This document shows positions 13,074 through 27,532 of a stretch of DNA of 64,000 nt, piece by piece (the first letter of the stretch is position 1; the number at the start of each line of letters is the position of its first letter). The notes beneath the pieces were generated by a model. The model saw only the letters and a program-made list of their open reading frames with translations, had not been told where the DNA came from and ran no database searches. This stretch comes from Octopus vulgaris (lineage: Eukaryota). Location: contig OX597821.1 in NCBI GenBank assembly GCA_951406725.2, positions 26,350,001 to 26,414,000 of the forward strand, read 5' to 3'. Both the position numbers and the translations under genes were made by a program.

Positions 13074-13128
<55 letters not shown>

Positions 13129-13320
13129 TCCCCCATTCTTTTTTCTTCGTTTTTCTTTCTCTAACCCGTTTTTTTCTCTTTTCTTCTTTCATTCTTTTTC
13201 CATTTAGCTTTTCTTTCTTTCTCTCCCGTTCTTTGTCTCTATCCTTTCCTTCCTCCCTCCCCCATCTCTCCCTCCTTTCTTTCCTCCTTTCCTTCCTTCC
13301 TTCCTTCCTTTCTTTCCTTT
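12815..13320. repeat. (CTTT)n/(CCTT)n polypyrimidine microsatellite tract
   Basis: Directly visible. Confidence 0.95.
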
Positions 13321-14109
13321 CTGGTCATCGCATCTTATCAATTATTTATCTCTATCATCTGTCACTACTACACTTACACAATCCTCTTCCCGCCTCTGTT
13401 CTCTCGTATTCAATCCATTTCCACGGTCAGAGTCACCTCCAGCCCTATCAACCACCTCTCAACTGTTATTAGCCTCACCTTGCCACCACCACCACAACCA
13501 CCGCCTCCACCTCTGCCGCCGCCTCTGCCTCTGCCGCCGCCGCCGCCGCCGCCAGACTTACCGCTCATTATTTCTACCTGGAGGAAGCCAATTGTTTTAC
13601 CTTTAAAATGTCACCACTTTCAGCAATATCCTCCTCCTCCTCCCCCTACTCCACCTCCGCCGTTGTCATTCCCCTTCCTCCTCCTCCTCATCATCACTAC
13701 CACCACCACCACCACCACCATCACCATCATAATCATCCTCATTATCTCACACCCCACCACCACCAACGGCATCTAACTCCCTTGACTATCTTTAACGGAG
13801 TCAACTCTGTAGCGAGCATTCAGGCAAGGTCTCCGGTCAGGAGATACCATACTTCCTTCCTTCCTTCCTTCCTTTCTTTCTTTCTTCCTTCCTTCCTTCC
13901 TTCCTACCTCCTCCTTTCTCCCGTACCCACTTCCACCAGTCTCAGAAATCAAGGTCACTGCCCTTCCTGTTCTGACCAAATGATCAATAAATTAAAGATC
14001 AATTAATAAAAGAGCACACAATAAAAATACTTTAGACGTCAGTTTATCAACAAGATGATGTAATACATTGTTGTATTTGTCCAAACTACAGTTCTAGACG
14101 CCTCGAGTA

Positions 14110-14688
14110 TATTGTTGAATGCATTTATGGATGGGTTAACAACCTATTAATGTGTTGACAGGGTTTATAAATGACTTAGCGCTCTGTTAGTGTTGATTGG
14201 GTTTATAGGAGGATTAACATCCCAGCAAATTGTTGATTGCGTTTGTATATGGTTTAACCCCCAAACATTTGTTGAATGGGTTAATAAATGGATAAACCCT
14301 CTAGCATAAAGTTAAACGGGTTCATAGATGGGCTAACACATTATTAAAGAGATGAATGGATTCACATATGGGACAATGCTCTATTAAAATGCTGGATGAG
14401 TTTATAGATCGGTACATAATATATAGTTGGATGGGCTTATAGATGGGTTAACACGCTTGTGTTAGTAGGGTTAATACTCTATTGGACTGTGGAATGGATT
14501 TATAGATAGGTAAATGCTCTAGTGAAGTGTTGAATGGATTTAGAAATTTAGCGCTGTGTTTCTATTATGTTGTGAATACTGTAGCATATTGATGAATGGG
14601 TCTATAGATAGGTTCACACTGCTAAAGTATTGGATGGGTTCAGAGGTTGGCTAATACTCTAGTATGTTGTTGAATGGGTTTATAGATG
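14110..14688 (+). repeat. Degenerate ~38-40-bp minisatellite (tgttgaatgggtttatagatgggttaacactc...)
   Basis: The motifs gaatgg(g)tttatagatg and gggttaac recur about 14 times at ~39-bp spacing. Confidence 0.75.
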
Positions 14689-15138
14689 TGGCCCAGCTGA
14701 GATGGGCAGGCCACGTCTCCCACATGTCCGACACTCGCATCCCAAAACAGCTCTTCTACGGTGAACTCAGCCAGGGCAAACGCAAAGTCGGAGGGCAGAA
14801 GAAGCGCTTCAAGGACAGTCTCAAAGTCTCTCTAAAGGACTTCTCCATCGGCACAGAGACTTGGGAGACACTTGCTGCCGACCGCTCATCCTGGCACAGC
14901 GCAATCACCACAGGAGCAAAGACAGCCGAGGAGAGACGGATTCAGTCAGTAGAACAGAAACGCCAGATGCGGAAAGCCAGAGCCACCTGCACCAATAGCA
15001 CAGCCCCTACCCACTTCAGCCCCCACCTGTGGGAGGGGCTTTCTTGCCCGGATAGGCCTCACCAGCCACCTCCGGCCTCATAGCAGCAATTCCACCAAAT
15101 GATGTCAATGGTCATCTTCGAACCCGAAGAACGAACAT
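14689..15138 (+). mobile_element. 5'-truncated RTE (BovB-like) LINE, 3' end
   Basis: AQLRWAGHV..M...RIPKQLFYGEL..GKR..GGQKKRFKDSLK, typical of the RTE ORF C-terminus, followed by 3' tail atggtcatcttcgaacccgaagaacgaaca. Confidence 0.88.
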
Positions 15139-15529
15139 TAAGATGTGTTTTTGTATTGTACAGCAATGTAAGAAAACACCGTCTGATGCAAGTTTTCTGA
15201 AGTGTCAATCTTTTGTCATCAATCACAAGTATTGCAAAACTGATCACATGTAATCATTCATGTGCGATGGCGTTAAAATTGGAGGGGGTACCGAAACATT
15301 TGTAACTAGTTAAAAACGATGTACTACATTCACTCTTCATCTTCGTATTTGGTTTATAAGTTACTCTTCGTAATGACCTACACATTCGTTTCACCGGTGA
15401 TATGCCTGAATTAATACATCAGCGTTCTTTTAATTTTCTGCGAGACTCCAATACGGGAGTATAGCTAGTCAGGAGTTCGGGTTGAGTGCTGCAAAAAGTA
15501 CACCGACTTTCTGCTCTGTTAGGACACAC

Positions 15530-15564
<35 letters not shown>

Positions 15565-16106
15565 TGTCTTGCATTGTAGACCACAAGGCAAATCAAAGCA
15601 CTGGGCCTTTTATTGACAGCAAGCCACAGCACACCTACATCAGAACTGGACCCCTAGGTCCAAGAGGCCCTCGGGCAACATAGCTGTGTGTCCATGCCTT
15701 AAGACGGTACTGACCCTGTCGTGGACCATCTAAATCAAGTTAACGAGTATACTCATGTCGCAGCTCAGTCTAAGCCTAGCGCTGTGTTTCTTTGTACCAA
15801 GAAGCCAGCAGGTGTGATATACATAAGTCGTAACAGAATACCCAAGTCACAAGTAGCCTGAAATTGTCGTTTAACCCTTAGGCATACTCCATTAAATGTA
15901 ATATTTATTCGCATGATTTTGAATTTATCATGCATTATCTCGTAGCTTCAAGATTTCGATCACGTGGTTGTTTATTTTGTTTATTTTATGATGTGAGAGA
16001 CCAAATCCAGCCAGTTTGAACGAAAAGCAATTAAAATATTTGGGTCGGATAAAGCCTGTTCAAATGCTAAAGAGTTAAAAATATGTTGCTTATCACTAGA
16101 TTCCGA

Positions 16107-16495
16107 GGATCTTTTCGGTTTGAACGGCAGTTTTTTCTAGCGGTGTCATATGAAATTGTCACCCATAATAATGACCCTAGTATCGATCTATTGCATTTCC
16201 ATCTGTTTTAGGGTTAGGGTTAGGGTTAGGGTTAAGGTTAGGGTTAGGGGTGGGGGGAAGGGTATCTTTTTTTCTTCGCAAATGTAAATAAACCCAATCT
16301 GTTTCTTAAACGAGGGACATATTCATACGGCACAGAATGTTTTTTTTTCCTAAATGGACGTCATCGATTGGTTGAAATTGCAGAAATTGAAGAAAAAAAA
16401 CCAACAAATATCTTACAAACTATAGAATTTTCTCAATAAAGCCAAGAGTTACCTAGAAATTATGTTAAAAACTGCCGTTCAAACCGAAAAGATCC
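16107..16495. mobile_element. 389-bp MITE with ~28-bp TIRs, 8-bp TSD and internal telomeric repeats
   Basis: TIRs ggatcttttcggtttgaacggcagtttt / aaaactgccgttcaaaccgaaaagatcc. TSD gattccga at 16099-16106 and 16496-16503. Confidence 0.92.
16208..16249 (+). repeat. Interstitial telomeric (TTAGGG)7, one variant unit
   Basis: Six TTAGGG units plus one TTAAGG. Confidence 0.95.
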
Positions 16496-16968
16496 GATTC
16501 CGATATTAAAGCTGGCCTGTTCCCGGGACTCAGAATATATAACATAATTAATAAAAGTTTACGGTTTCTCTCCCGTATTTCTCATAGATAATGAATAAGT
16601 GTAGGGAGCATGTTCTAATTCTTTAAACTATTTTGAAGTTCATTGTCTTATTATAGGCGGGAAAAAGATACACTGTGTACAAAAGAAAAATCTAGGCTAT
16701 AAAAGTTATCATACGAGTTAGTTTAACTTTCTAACTATGTTACCTGTAATTTGAAGGTCGTCCCAGTTTGAGCTTAACATTATGTAAAACATTTTAACTC
16801 TGAAAAATGATCCCAACAGGTAAAAAGTGAAACTTCTTTGCATAAAGTTTCATTGCTATTATTGTCAACGATGATGACGTCATTATTGTCAACAACAACA
16901 ACAACTTCAATAAGTTGGTGTCAGCGTAGAGAAACAAGCTTCTTTCGTAAAGTAATTGCATGTGCGTG

Positions 16969-17026
<58 letters not shown>

Positions 17027-17294
17027 TACTGTCTTCTATATATTTGGTGTATTAATGTTTGGAATCTTTGTGACATGAGTAACTAATGACAGCAATAGCA
17101 GTGCTGGTGGTGACGGTGGTAACGATGGTGGTGATGGTGGTAATGGTGGTGGTGGTGTTAGTAGTTTAGTAGTAGTAGTAGAGGCGGTGATGTTAGTGAC
17201 GGCGGCGGTGTTTGTGGTGGTGGTGGTAGTGGTGTTAGTGGTATGCGTCTAGGGAGGATAATACACGACGGTGTTAATTGGTGGAAGTGTGGAT

Positions 17295-17342
<48 letters not shown>

Positions 17343-17927
17343 TGTGTCTTTGTGTACTTGTGTGTGTTGGGAGCTTATGTGTAGTTGTGCGATGCTGGCG
17401 ATGGCGAAGTGTAGGTGTACGTGTAAGTGGGGACGTGTGTACGGTGGTATAATGATGATAATGATGTCGGTGGCGGTGGTGGTTACGGCAGTAGAGGCGA
17501 TGGCGACTGTGGTGGTGATGGTGGTGATGGTGGTGGTGATGCTGCTGCTGCTGCTGGGAAATATCCAGAACTTGTTATTGGTGTTGTCGCTGTCGCTGTC
17601 GTCTGCCATATAACAAGTAAATACTGTTTAAAATGAATGAATGAAAATGAATGAAAACCTTGCTATTTCTTATATTTTTTTCATTTATTTTTCTCTTTAT
17701 GTCTCTATTTTATTTTCCACTTTCACAGCAATCGTTTCCAAATATCAAAATTGTCAACATGCGCCATTACCCAGTAAAAATTATTTAATAAACGCATTCA
17801 GACTTACTGCAGCGGTTAACTGGTTAAACAACGGACTGACACTTTCCATTATTATGTAGTCGTAGTTTTTATTTGATTCCATGTCTAACCAAGCACAACT
17901 CACATCTCTTATAGTGTCCTGACTCAC

Positions 17928-18007
17928 CTATTGTCTGTCACTGAACCTAATAACACTGGACGGCTGCTGTCCGTCCGCTTCGTTCGTTGTCGGTGTATTT
18001 ATACACC
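17928..18007 (-). promoter_or_regulatory. Candidate TATA promoter and short non-coding first exon
   Basis: CpG-rich unique stretch. TATAAATA on the minus strand at 18003-17996 inside the palindrome ggtgtat-tt-atacacc; consensus donor AG|GTGAGT at 17928/17927. Confidence 0.25.
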
Positions 18008-18190
18008 ATCCACGACGGAATATACGCCGACAATAGCGAAAGTGGGGGAAATATTTTACCCAAATACCCCATTCGTTCGGCTGCTCGTAACACGGTTTAT
18101 ATTATGTATTGAATAAAAATTTGGGAATATTTTTCTCTGAGCACCACTCCTCATTAGACACACACAAACACATATACTTATACATATACG

Positions 18191-18304
<114 letters not shown>

Positions 18305-18917
18305 GACAGACAGACACACACACACACACACACAGAGAAACGAACACGCATATGTGTGTTTGTGTGTGTGTATATATATATATGTATATATTTACACACA
18401 TAAACACACACACACAGACACATATATATGTGTGTGTGTGTGTATATATATACATACAGATATATTTATATATGTATACATACATATAATGTACGTACGT
18501 ACGTACGTATGTATGTATGTATGTATGTATGTATGTATGTATGTATGTATGTATGTACGTACGTACGTACGTACGTACGTATGTATGTATGTATGTATGT
18601 ATGTATGTATGTATGTATCATCGCCCTGCAGAGTCGATGCGCTGTCGGATTGAATATGCTGCGAAAATTGTACCGGCTCTTTGCGCTCTGGATTCAAATT
18701 TCAGTCAGGTCTTCTTTGCCTTTCATCCTTCGTTTTCACAGTCCATTTCCCCTCCAGTTGTCATAGTCGGAATGTCATGGTGGTCAAGGCTGGAACGGCT
18801 GAGAAGCTGTGTGATAACATGGGCATCTAAAAGAATTTGCTAAACCAGATTATATACTTTCATGTATTCTCTCTCGAGCATGGCCTGTAGTTATATACGA
18901 GTAGTTACACACACACA

Positions 18918-18969
<52 letters not shown>

Positions 18970-19214
18970 CTCGTGCGCGTACACACATATATACACACAC
19001 ACACATATGCACACACACACACATACGCACACACACATATGCACACACACACATGCACACACACACATGCACACACACACACACACGTGCCCGCACAGCA
19101 CGCACACGCACACACATACACACATGCACATAAACACATACTCAAGCACAGACGAGCGCGCACATACACACACATACATTCAAATGCGCGCGCTGAGTAT
19201 TCTCCTATCAAATA

Positions 19215-19269
<55 letters not shown>

Positions 19270-19667
19270 CATACGATGGGCTTCTTTCAGTTTCCTTCTA
19301 CAAAATCCACTGGCAAGGCTTTAGTCAGCCCGAGGCTAGAGTAGAAGACACCTGCCCAAAGTGTCGCACAGTGGGACTGAACCCGGAACCAAGTGGTTGG
19401 GAAGCAGGCTTCTTACGACATGATATTAACTGAGTTACCCGTTGTTGCCGGGCAATTTTCACAGTAGAATGCCTTTATTTCAATTTTCTGTTCCATGTCT
19501 TCTCCGACGGATAGGTCAGATTTCTACATTATATAGAGTTATTCATCGATAAACTAAGTTTTTATTTTTCCATTTGGTGAATAGATGTACATATTTTCTT
19601 ATCATAAAATGAAAGTAGCCATTACAACTACGAAGATTAAAACAAAATGAAAGTAATTATGTCGTAT

Positions 19668-19729
<62 letters not shown>

Positions 19730-19835
19730 GGAGAGATAGAGAAAGCGTGTGTGTGAGAGCTTGTTGGAGGCAGATAGAGAGTGGGAATTTTGTCGATCTA
19801 AAAGTTTAGTTATCGTAACAAATTAAATTTCTATA

Positions 19836-19920
<85 letters not shown>

Positions 19921-19993
19921 ACGCACATACATACATACATACATACATACATACATACATACATACATACATACATACATACATGCATACATA

Positions 19994-20310
19994 TATGATG
20001 GCCGTCCACTCGTGACCGAGGAAGACCATTGCCGACCTTCGGGAACATTGTGCAGATGTCGGCAATGCCTCTGCAGAGTTTTAGGTCCAATAAGGCTTGC
20101 ACAACATCTCATAGACCCTCTCCACTTTATTGACATTAACCAGAGACAATCCGGAGCAAGACGTCTGGTGCCAATATGAGTCGCAGGCTCAGGGATGTGG
20201 GAGCACCGTGATCTCTAGCACAAACCAAAGATCCCCAAAATGTCCAATGCGATTCCCTGCATATCTGGTTTTACATCAGAGTGACCTTCTCCTAGAGACA
20301 TGCTTTAACA
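19994..20310 (-). mobile_element. RTE LINE 3' fragment
   Basis: Minus-strand RTE-type tail atggtcttcctcggtcacgagtggacggccatcat after a remnant C2H2-like end (LIG...QRH); inserted in (TACA)n. Confidence 0.55.
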
Positions 20311-20634
20311 AAAGCAATACATACATACATACATACATACATACATACATACATACATACATACATACATACATACATACATACATAGTTTACTGTTCGT
20401 TATAAGGAGGAACAAAAAAAGTACTTCATCCATCGAAAGTCGAATATCATTTAATATACACAAGATTTTCAAAGAAGACCAGCCATGTTGTGTATTCGAG
20501 CCTGAAGGATTGCTGGGAGACACAAGACATGACACACAAAGCAACTAAAATATTGTGTTCCCACAGCTTGAAACTATTCGTTACTCATATTTTGATACTG
20601 TACACACACACACACGCACACACAAACACGCACG

Positions 20635-20699
<65 letters not shown>

Positions 20700-20703
<4 letters not shown>

Positions 20704-21740
20704 AGTCTTTTTCTTGTTACAGTCATGTGACTGCGGTCATGCTGGAGTATCGCCTTATTGGGTTTCAGTCGAAGAAATCGACCCCAGGACTTAGTCTTTG
20801 CAAATCAAGTACGTATTCTATTAGTCTCTTCGCCGAACCGCAAAGTCACAGGGACATAAACACACCAGCATTGTCAAGAGACGGCGGGGGTGGGATGGGA
20901 AACAAACACAGAGACACACACACACACTTGCCCAAGGTACAACGCAGTGAGATTCTCCATGTTGTTGACAGCCAAACGTCTTATTTCTTTTATTGCCCAC
21001 AAAGGGCTAAACATAGAGGGGACAAACAAGGAGAGACAAAGGCATTAAGTCAATTACATAGACCCCAGTGCGTAACTGGTGCTTAATTTATCGACCTCGA
21101 AAGGATGAAAGGCAAAGCCGACCTCGGCGGAATTTGAACTGAGACGTAGCGACAGACGAAATACCTATTTCTTTACTACCCACAAGGGGCTAAACATAGA
21201 GGGGACAAACAAGGAGAGACAAAGGCATTATATCAATTACATCGACCCCAGTGCGTAACTGGTGCTTATTTTATCGACCTCGAAAGGATGAAAGGCAAAG
21301 CCGACCTCGGCGGAATTTGAACTGAGAACGTAACGGCAGACGAAATACCTATTTCTTTACAAATGGATTAAGTCGATTATATCGACCCCAGTACTTATTT
21401 AATCGAACCCGAAAGGATGAAAAGCAAAGTCGACCTCGGCGGAATTTGAACTGAGAACGTAACGGCAGACGAAATATCTATTTCTTTACTACCCACAAGG
21501 GGCTAAACACAGAGAGGACAAACAAGGACAGACAAATGGATTAAGTCGATTATATCGACCCCAGTGCGTGACTGGTACTTATTTAATCGACCCGGAAAGG
21601 ATGAAAGGCAAAGTCGACCTCGGCGGAATTTGAACTCAGAACGAAGCGGCAGACGAAATACTGCTAAGCATCTCGCCCGGTGTGCTAACGTCTCTGCCAG
21701 CTCGCCGCCAAACTTCTTACCCCACAACCACTCCTGCACG
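20700..21740 (-). mobile_element. CORE-type SINE interrupted by a four-unit tandem array of the Deu/Nin-like SINE (20981-21707)
   Basis: Units start at ~20981, 21166, 21350 and 21479, with one tRNA head at 21660-21707. Outer duplication gccaaac(g/t)tctta at 20971-20983 and 21707-21719. Confidence 0.8.
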
Positions 21741-21898
21741 TATGCTCATACACATATATCCAGGGTGAAGCTCTAGAGTACATATTGAGTACCCGTTTCC
21801 CTTTCGTTTTCGTGCAAGTCTTTAAGCAATTACATTCTTAAACATATTTCTCTGTCACTCTCCCTCTCTCCCTCTTTCTCCTTTTTATGTTCCTCTGT

Positions 21899-21945
<47 letters not shown>

Positions 21946-22321
21946 TGCGTGCGTTTGCGCATGCGCACATTTGTTCATGTGTGCGTGTAACATGGAAAAT
22001 AGTTTAAAAATCGTTATTGTACATGCTGAAAGATTCGATAAGAGCTAATACAATCATAGGCCAGAATGGTAAATGGTATCCTAATCACAAATCAATAAAA
22101 GCCGAGCGCTTCACAGTGCACCAGAAACAAAACCAAACAAAACAAAGCAAAACAAAAACAAATGAAAAACAAAAAGAATACTAGGCAAAAAAAACGACAA
22201 AAAAATTCATTTTTAAAGAACAAATCCACAATATGGTTTATCGAAGAAAATGGTATTGATAAATTCTAATTCAATACTGTAAATTAACGTCGGATATATA
22301 TAAATAATATAATATAAAAAT

Positions 22322-22391
<70 letters not shown>

Positions 22392-22418
22392 TTTATATAT
22401 ATGTGTGTATATATATCT

Positions 22419-22475
<57 letters not shown>

Positions 22476-22837
22476 ATATATGTGTGTATATATCTATGTT
22501 TTATATATATATATATATGTATGTATATACATGTATGCGTATATATATATTTGTATATATATATATGTGTGTGTATGTACGTATGTGTGTGTGCATGTAT
22601 GTGTGTGTGTGTGTGTAAGTATTCGCGAAGGTATTTTTCATCCAAAACAGAAAATATATTATAATAGTCGTATAGTTTGAAGAACGACGGATACATATGG
22701 TACATCAATCCGATATCTAGATATACTAGAGTAGTTGCTTGAAGAGTTGAGACGTACAATTCTCGTTGTTATTACAGACATCCTGGCGTGTGGAGGCCCT
22801 GTTAAAAATGCAAATCATAGCGAAATCAATGTTTTGT

Positions 22838-22893
<56 letters not shown>

Positions 22894-23028
22894 ATGGAGA
22901 TATTTCACTACTTCCCCTCCCCAAGCTTTCAGCTATATTTCAACAACTCTTAACCTTCACTTGCCCTAGGGCGCTGGGTGTGTCCCGGCAAGTGATTGCA
23001 TCAAACATGCAGATTAAAAGTAAATGAC

Positions 23029-23090
<62 letters not shown>

Positions 23091-23109
23091 TGATGATGAT
23101 GTTGATGAT

Positions 23110-25200
23110 TGATAAGAAATATGGTCGGCAAAGGAAGAACCTCAGAAAAGATCTATCAAAATAAACACAGCACTTGAACAACTCTAAACTCTTATAATAA
23201 CTGAAGAGTTCACCCAGGCACTGCAAAAATTAAGCAACTGGAACGCATCCGGGCACGACAAGATCCCCAACTTCTGGTATCCAACAGGAAAGCATAGAAT
23301 GCTGGCTGAGAAATTTAATAAAATATTAGCAGAGCCAGAGACAATGCCTGAATGGCTTATGGAAGGGATAATTATCCTAATTCTCAAATCCACTGAAATA
23401 GCAAACCCACAAAATTACGGACCGATAACTTGTCTCGTTACAATTTACAAAGCCTTTACTGCAAAAATATCGTAATGAATGGGCAAACATCTGGAAGAAA
23501 ACAACCTGTTTTTAGAAGAGCAGAAAGGATGCTGCAATAGCACATACGGCTGTAAAGATCAGCTACTGATCAATAAAGCCACAACTGAAGACAGTCGCAG
23601 AAAGAAGAAGGGTCTAAGTATGGCTTCGATCGATTATCGAAAGGCTTTTGATAGTATTCCCCACACATAGATCCTAGAAACACTACCCATGAACAAGGTA
23701 GCGCCAATAATCATAAAATATATAAAACATTCCATGAATGTTCCAGACAATCGAGGAACTCACAAAAACCAAAGCCATCCCCATTAGAAGAGACACACTC
23801 TCTCCACTCCTTTTCTGCTTGGCACTGACACCTTTATCTGACATACTAAACGGAACTGGATGTGGATATAAATGTTACGGCAAAACAATTAACCATCTCT
23901 TTTATATGGATGATCTAATACAGTATGCTACAAATGATAAACAACAGCAATCATTACTGCAGACTCTACATGGATTTACCAAAGAAATAAACATGAAATT
24001 TGGCTTAGAAAAATGTGCCAAAGCAACCTTGAAAAGAGGAAAACTAGTTAAGAGTAACAATACCACATTAGATAAAGCAAATAAAATAAGAGAATTAGAC
24101 CAAAGACAGACATACAAATTCTAAGGAATCAATGAACTAGATACGATACAATGCACACAAACGAAAGAGATGATAAGAAAGGAATATTATAGACGAGTTA
24201 GATTGTTACTGAAAACAGAGCTCAATGCGAAAAGCAAGATAATGTCAACACTCTAGCTGTCCCAGTTATAAGTTACAGTTACAATATTTTTAACTGGACT
24301 CTAAATGAACTAATCAAAATAGACAGGAAAACAAGCAAAATAATGACAGGATGTAGAATGTACCACTCAAAATCTTACATAGAAAGGCTATAAATACAAC
24401 GTATCGAAGGTGGTAGTGATCTTATACAGCTAGAAAATTATTACAGAATAACCACCATAGGACTACAGAAATGCCTATTTCAGAAGCAAGGAAAACTAAT
24501 ACAAATAGCCCCAAAATACGAAAAAAAAAACAAACTGTTTAATGAACAGTTCTTCAAAGAAGCTGACAAATACAGAAAAGAAGTCATAGTACCTAACAAG
24601 TATGAAGAAAAAGAAGAAACAAAAGCTGTAAAACAACTGAAATCCAAACTAAAACTGGAACAGCAACGTATCATGATAAAGCGATGTCAAGAAAAGCCAC
24701 TCCATGGCAAGTATTGGGTTAAACTAAACAGAAAAGAAATAGGCAAAGCAAAATACCAACAATGGCTGAGAAGCTCAGGACTCAAAGCAGAGACTGAAAG
24801 GATTTTTAATTGCAGCACGAAATCAAAGCCTTCTCACCAGAAATTACCAAAGACATGTAATGAAAAGAAATACAAGTAACTGCAGGATATGTGGATATGG
24901 AGAAGAAACAATAAGTCATATTGTTTCTGGTTGCCCAGCCCTGGCTAAGAAAGAATATATTCAGACACGAAAGAGTTGGGATCTACATACACTGGAAACT
25001 ATGCCAACACTTTGGAATAACAACAGAAAAATGATGGTATAGGCACACGCCGGAAAATGTTGCAGTAAATGAGAAAGCAACTACTCCCAGGGATATGTCA
25101 ATGCACACAGGTAGAGAAATTAAGGCCAATAGGCCGGATATAGTTGTCAGGGATCACCAAGGAAAAAATAAGCTTTCTAATCGATGTATCAATACCATCT
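23110..25200 (+). pseudogene. Decayed R4/Dong-clade non-LTR retrotransposon (RT, CCHC finger, restriction-like endonuclease)
   Basis: Frameshifted motifs NW.A.G.DKIPNFW, QKGC..GCKDQLLINK, IDYRKAFDSIPH, DTLSPLLFCLALTPLS, NHLFYMDD, KFGLEKCA, CRICG..EETISHIVSGC, RPDIVV..LIDVSIP. Adjacent to (TAA)n, the usual Dong target. Confidence 0.9.
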
Positions 25201-25223
25201 TTTCCATCTGTTAAGTGTATATG

Positions 25224-25263
<40 letters not shown>

Positions 25264-25264
25264 T

Positions 25265-25373
<109 letters not shown>

Positions 25374-26951
25374 CTACACAATTTGCTATCAAGATGGAGA
25401 TGGCGTTGTTGCAAGATATGATAGTTATATAATTGTGCAGGTTTCGATTTAGCCTTTTGTTTATGATATTTTATCATCACTTGGGACAGTAGTAATGGCA
25501 CAGGCAGGCTGGTATAATAAAGAAGTTAGCTGTGCAATCACATCACATTGTGGAATTCCTGGAATGTTTGACATTTTCTACTGGTAATGAATCCAGGACG
25601 GTGGGTTGGTGGAACTGCTAGAAGGTTGGGCGAGATGCCTTGCGATATTTGTTTCGATTCTTTGCGTTCTGATGAAAGCAACATTTGTGATCATACTGAT
25701 GCCAAACTGTATTGGTTCAAGTCGGTGGTCTTCTTTTTCTTTGAATAAATATTGGTATCGTGGAGAAGGTAAACTTTCGCGTATGGATGACTGCCAGTCT
25801 TCTTACAAAAAAAAAAAAAAAAAAATCTTGCCCAGTCCCGCGCATCACATTACTTAATAATCGTTGATGATTGGTTTTCGTCCCCGTAACCTGGCGCTTC
25901 GGCAAAAGAGTCCGGTAGAATAAGTACCAGACTTAAAAAAAGAACAAAAATTATGTACTGGAGTCGATTTGTTGAACCGAAAGCACTTCAAGGCGGTGCT
26001 CCAGCAGGGCCGCAAATTCAATGATTGAAACAAGTAAAAGATAAAAGATGCATGTGCAATTGAGTGGAAAATCTTGACCAATGGAGGCTCTAAAAGGATT
26101 ATTTTGAAGTTGTCTCCTTCTTAGAATAACTCCCAGGGCTTAAATTCACGCCTCACTTTAGATAAGACTCCTACATTAAGACTGTTGCTAGACTGACAGC
26201 GTCTAAAATAATGGGAGGGATCTACCGTTGCCAAAACAACAACAACAACAAAAAAAGGTCCTGGCATGCGAAGCTGTAGTGTATCTGTATAAATCACCAA
26301 AAGAAAGTGGGTGAAGGTGTGTTTGGGGTGTGTGTGAAAACTGCTCCCACATCTTGGCTAGTTCCTTCAAACATGCACTGACTACTCTTGACAGATACAG
26401 AACTGATTGTGTACTCTGTTGGTGATCAGCTCCAAATATTTCATCAACCGCTCTATCATCGATGTGATGCACGTCCGGTCCTTCTCCTACTGTTAATTCT
26501 ATGGAAGGTCTTCAAACAAGTTTCATTTCCTTGTTCTGCTTTTTCAAAAAATCCTCATCAGCATTCATTTGCCAAATTTAACTATTTTGTATACGTGATT
26601 CTTTGTTGTCTCAAGGACGTGCAAGTTTCATGCTCAAAGTTGTTTTCCCCCCACTAGAATAATAGAATTATAGGATAAAGTGTCCCTTGTTGTTTTTCCT
26701 CCAGAACATGTCTTTGATCTTTTTGATTCAGGGTTAACAAGTGCCTTGCCTAATGTTTGCGTTTTCCTTCGTTTTAATATTCTTTTTTTTTTTAACTATG
26801 TTATTCTATTTCGGTTCTTATCGTCATCTCGTTTATCGAATTTTATTGCTGTCACTTCTTTTATAAGTTATTTTGTTGCTATATCACTGCATTTCATTTA
26901 AATCTTTTATCAATAATTTCATTGCCATCTTTTATTTGCTCTCTTAAATAT

Positions 26952-27000
<49 letters not shown>

Positions 27001-27445
27001 GAGAGGGAGAGAGAAAGGAGAAAGTAAGAGAGATTGCTTTGTGACATTCATACCGCTCCTTCTTTCTCCTAACCCTTTGCCTAGAACTAACATACAAGTC
27101 TTGGTAAGACGATTTCGAGTACAGAAAAAAAATCATACTTTATTCTGGATGCGACATCCTTGTAAGCACGTCGTCTCATAATCTTGAATTAACTCAAGTC
27201 TTATCGGTGAGGTTGGGTTAATGGGAACTGTGTGGAAAATCGTTCGTTGAATTGCACGTGTTCTCAGGTGGCAAACTTAATTCATCTCCTGGTTTCACAT
27301 TAGCATCTGGCCCTTGGGCGACTTTAACAGAGTACTCTTTCTTGTAAGCATTCTGAATAAGCTTCCGGTCTGAAGATAACTTACGCATTTTCTTCAAAGA
27401 ATTTCAGAAGCTCCGAAAAAATACAATGGATACCGAGTAAACCAT

Positions 27446-27476
<31 letters not shown>

Positions 27477-27480
27477 CAAC

Positions 27481-27528
27481 AAAACCTGTTACTCTGAGTT
27501 TCACGTTCCCGTTCGTCGGACAGTTTTT
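27481..27528 (-). ncRNA. Minimal type-I hammerhead ribozyme between two (TA)n tracts
   Basis: Minus strand: aaaaactgt-CCGACGA-acg ggaa cgt-GAAA-ctc a gag-TA-acaggtttt. All three stems pair; GUA cleavage triplet; U4C core variant. Confidence 0.75.
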
Positions 27529-27532
27529 GCTA

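Noticed and set aside
14110-14688. Regularly spaced repeats suggestive of a CRISPR array (also 27615-27935, 8760-8960)
   Set aside because: Degenerate tandem minisatellites with no constant repeat and unique spacer structure; eukaryotic context, no cas genes.
19425-19535. Possible Helentron/DINE-like 5' end (ttacccgttgttgccgggcaa); similar hairpin at 38867-38900
   Set aside because: Only a short subterminal hairpin is visible and no matching 3' end could be confirmed.
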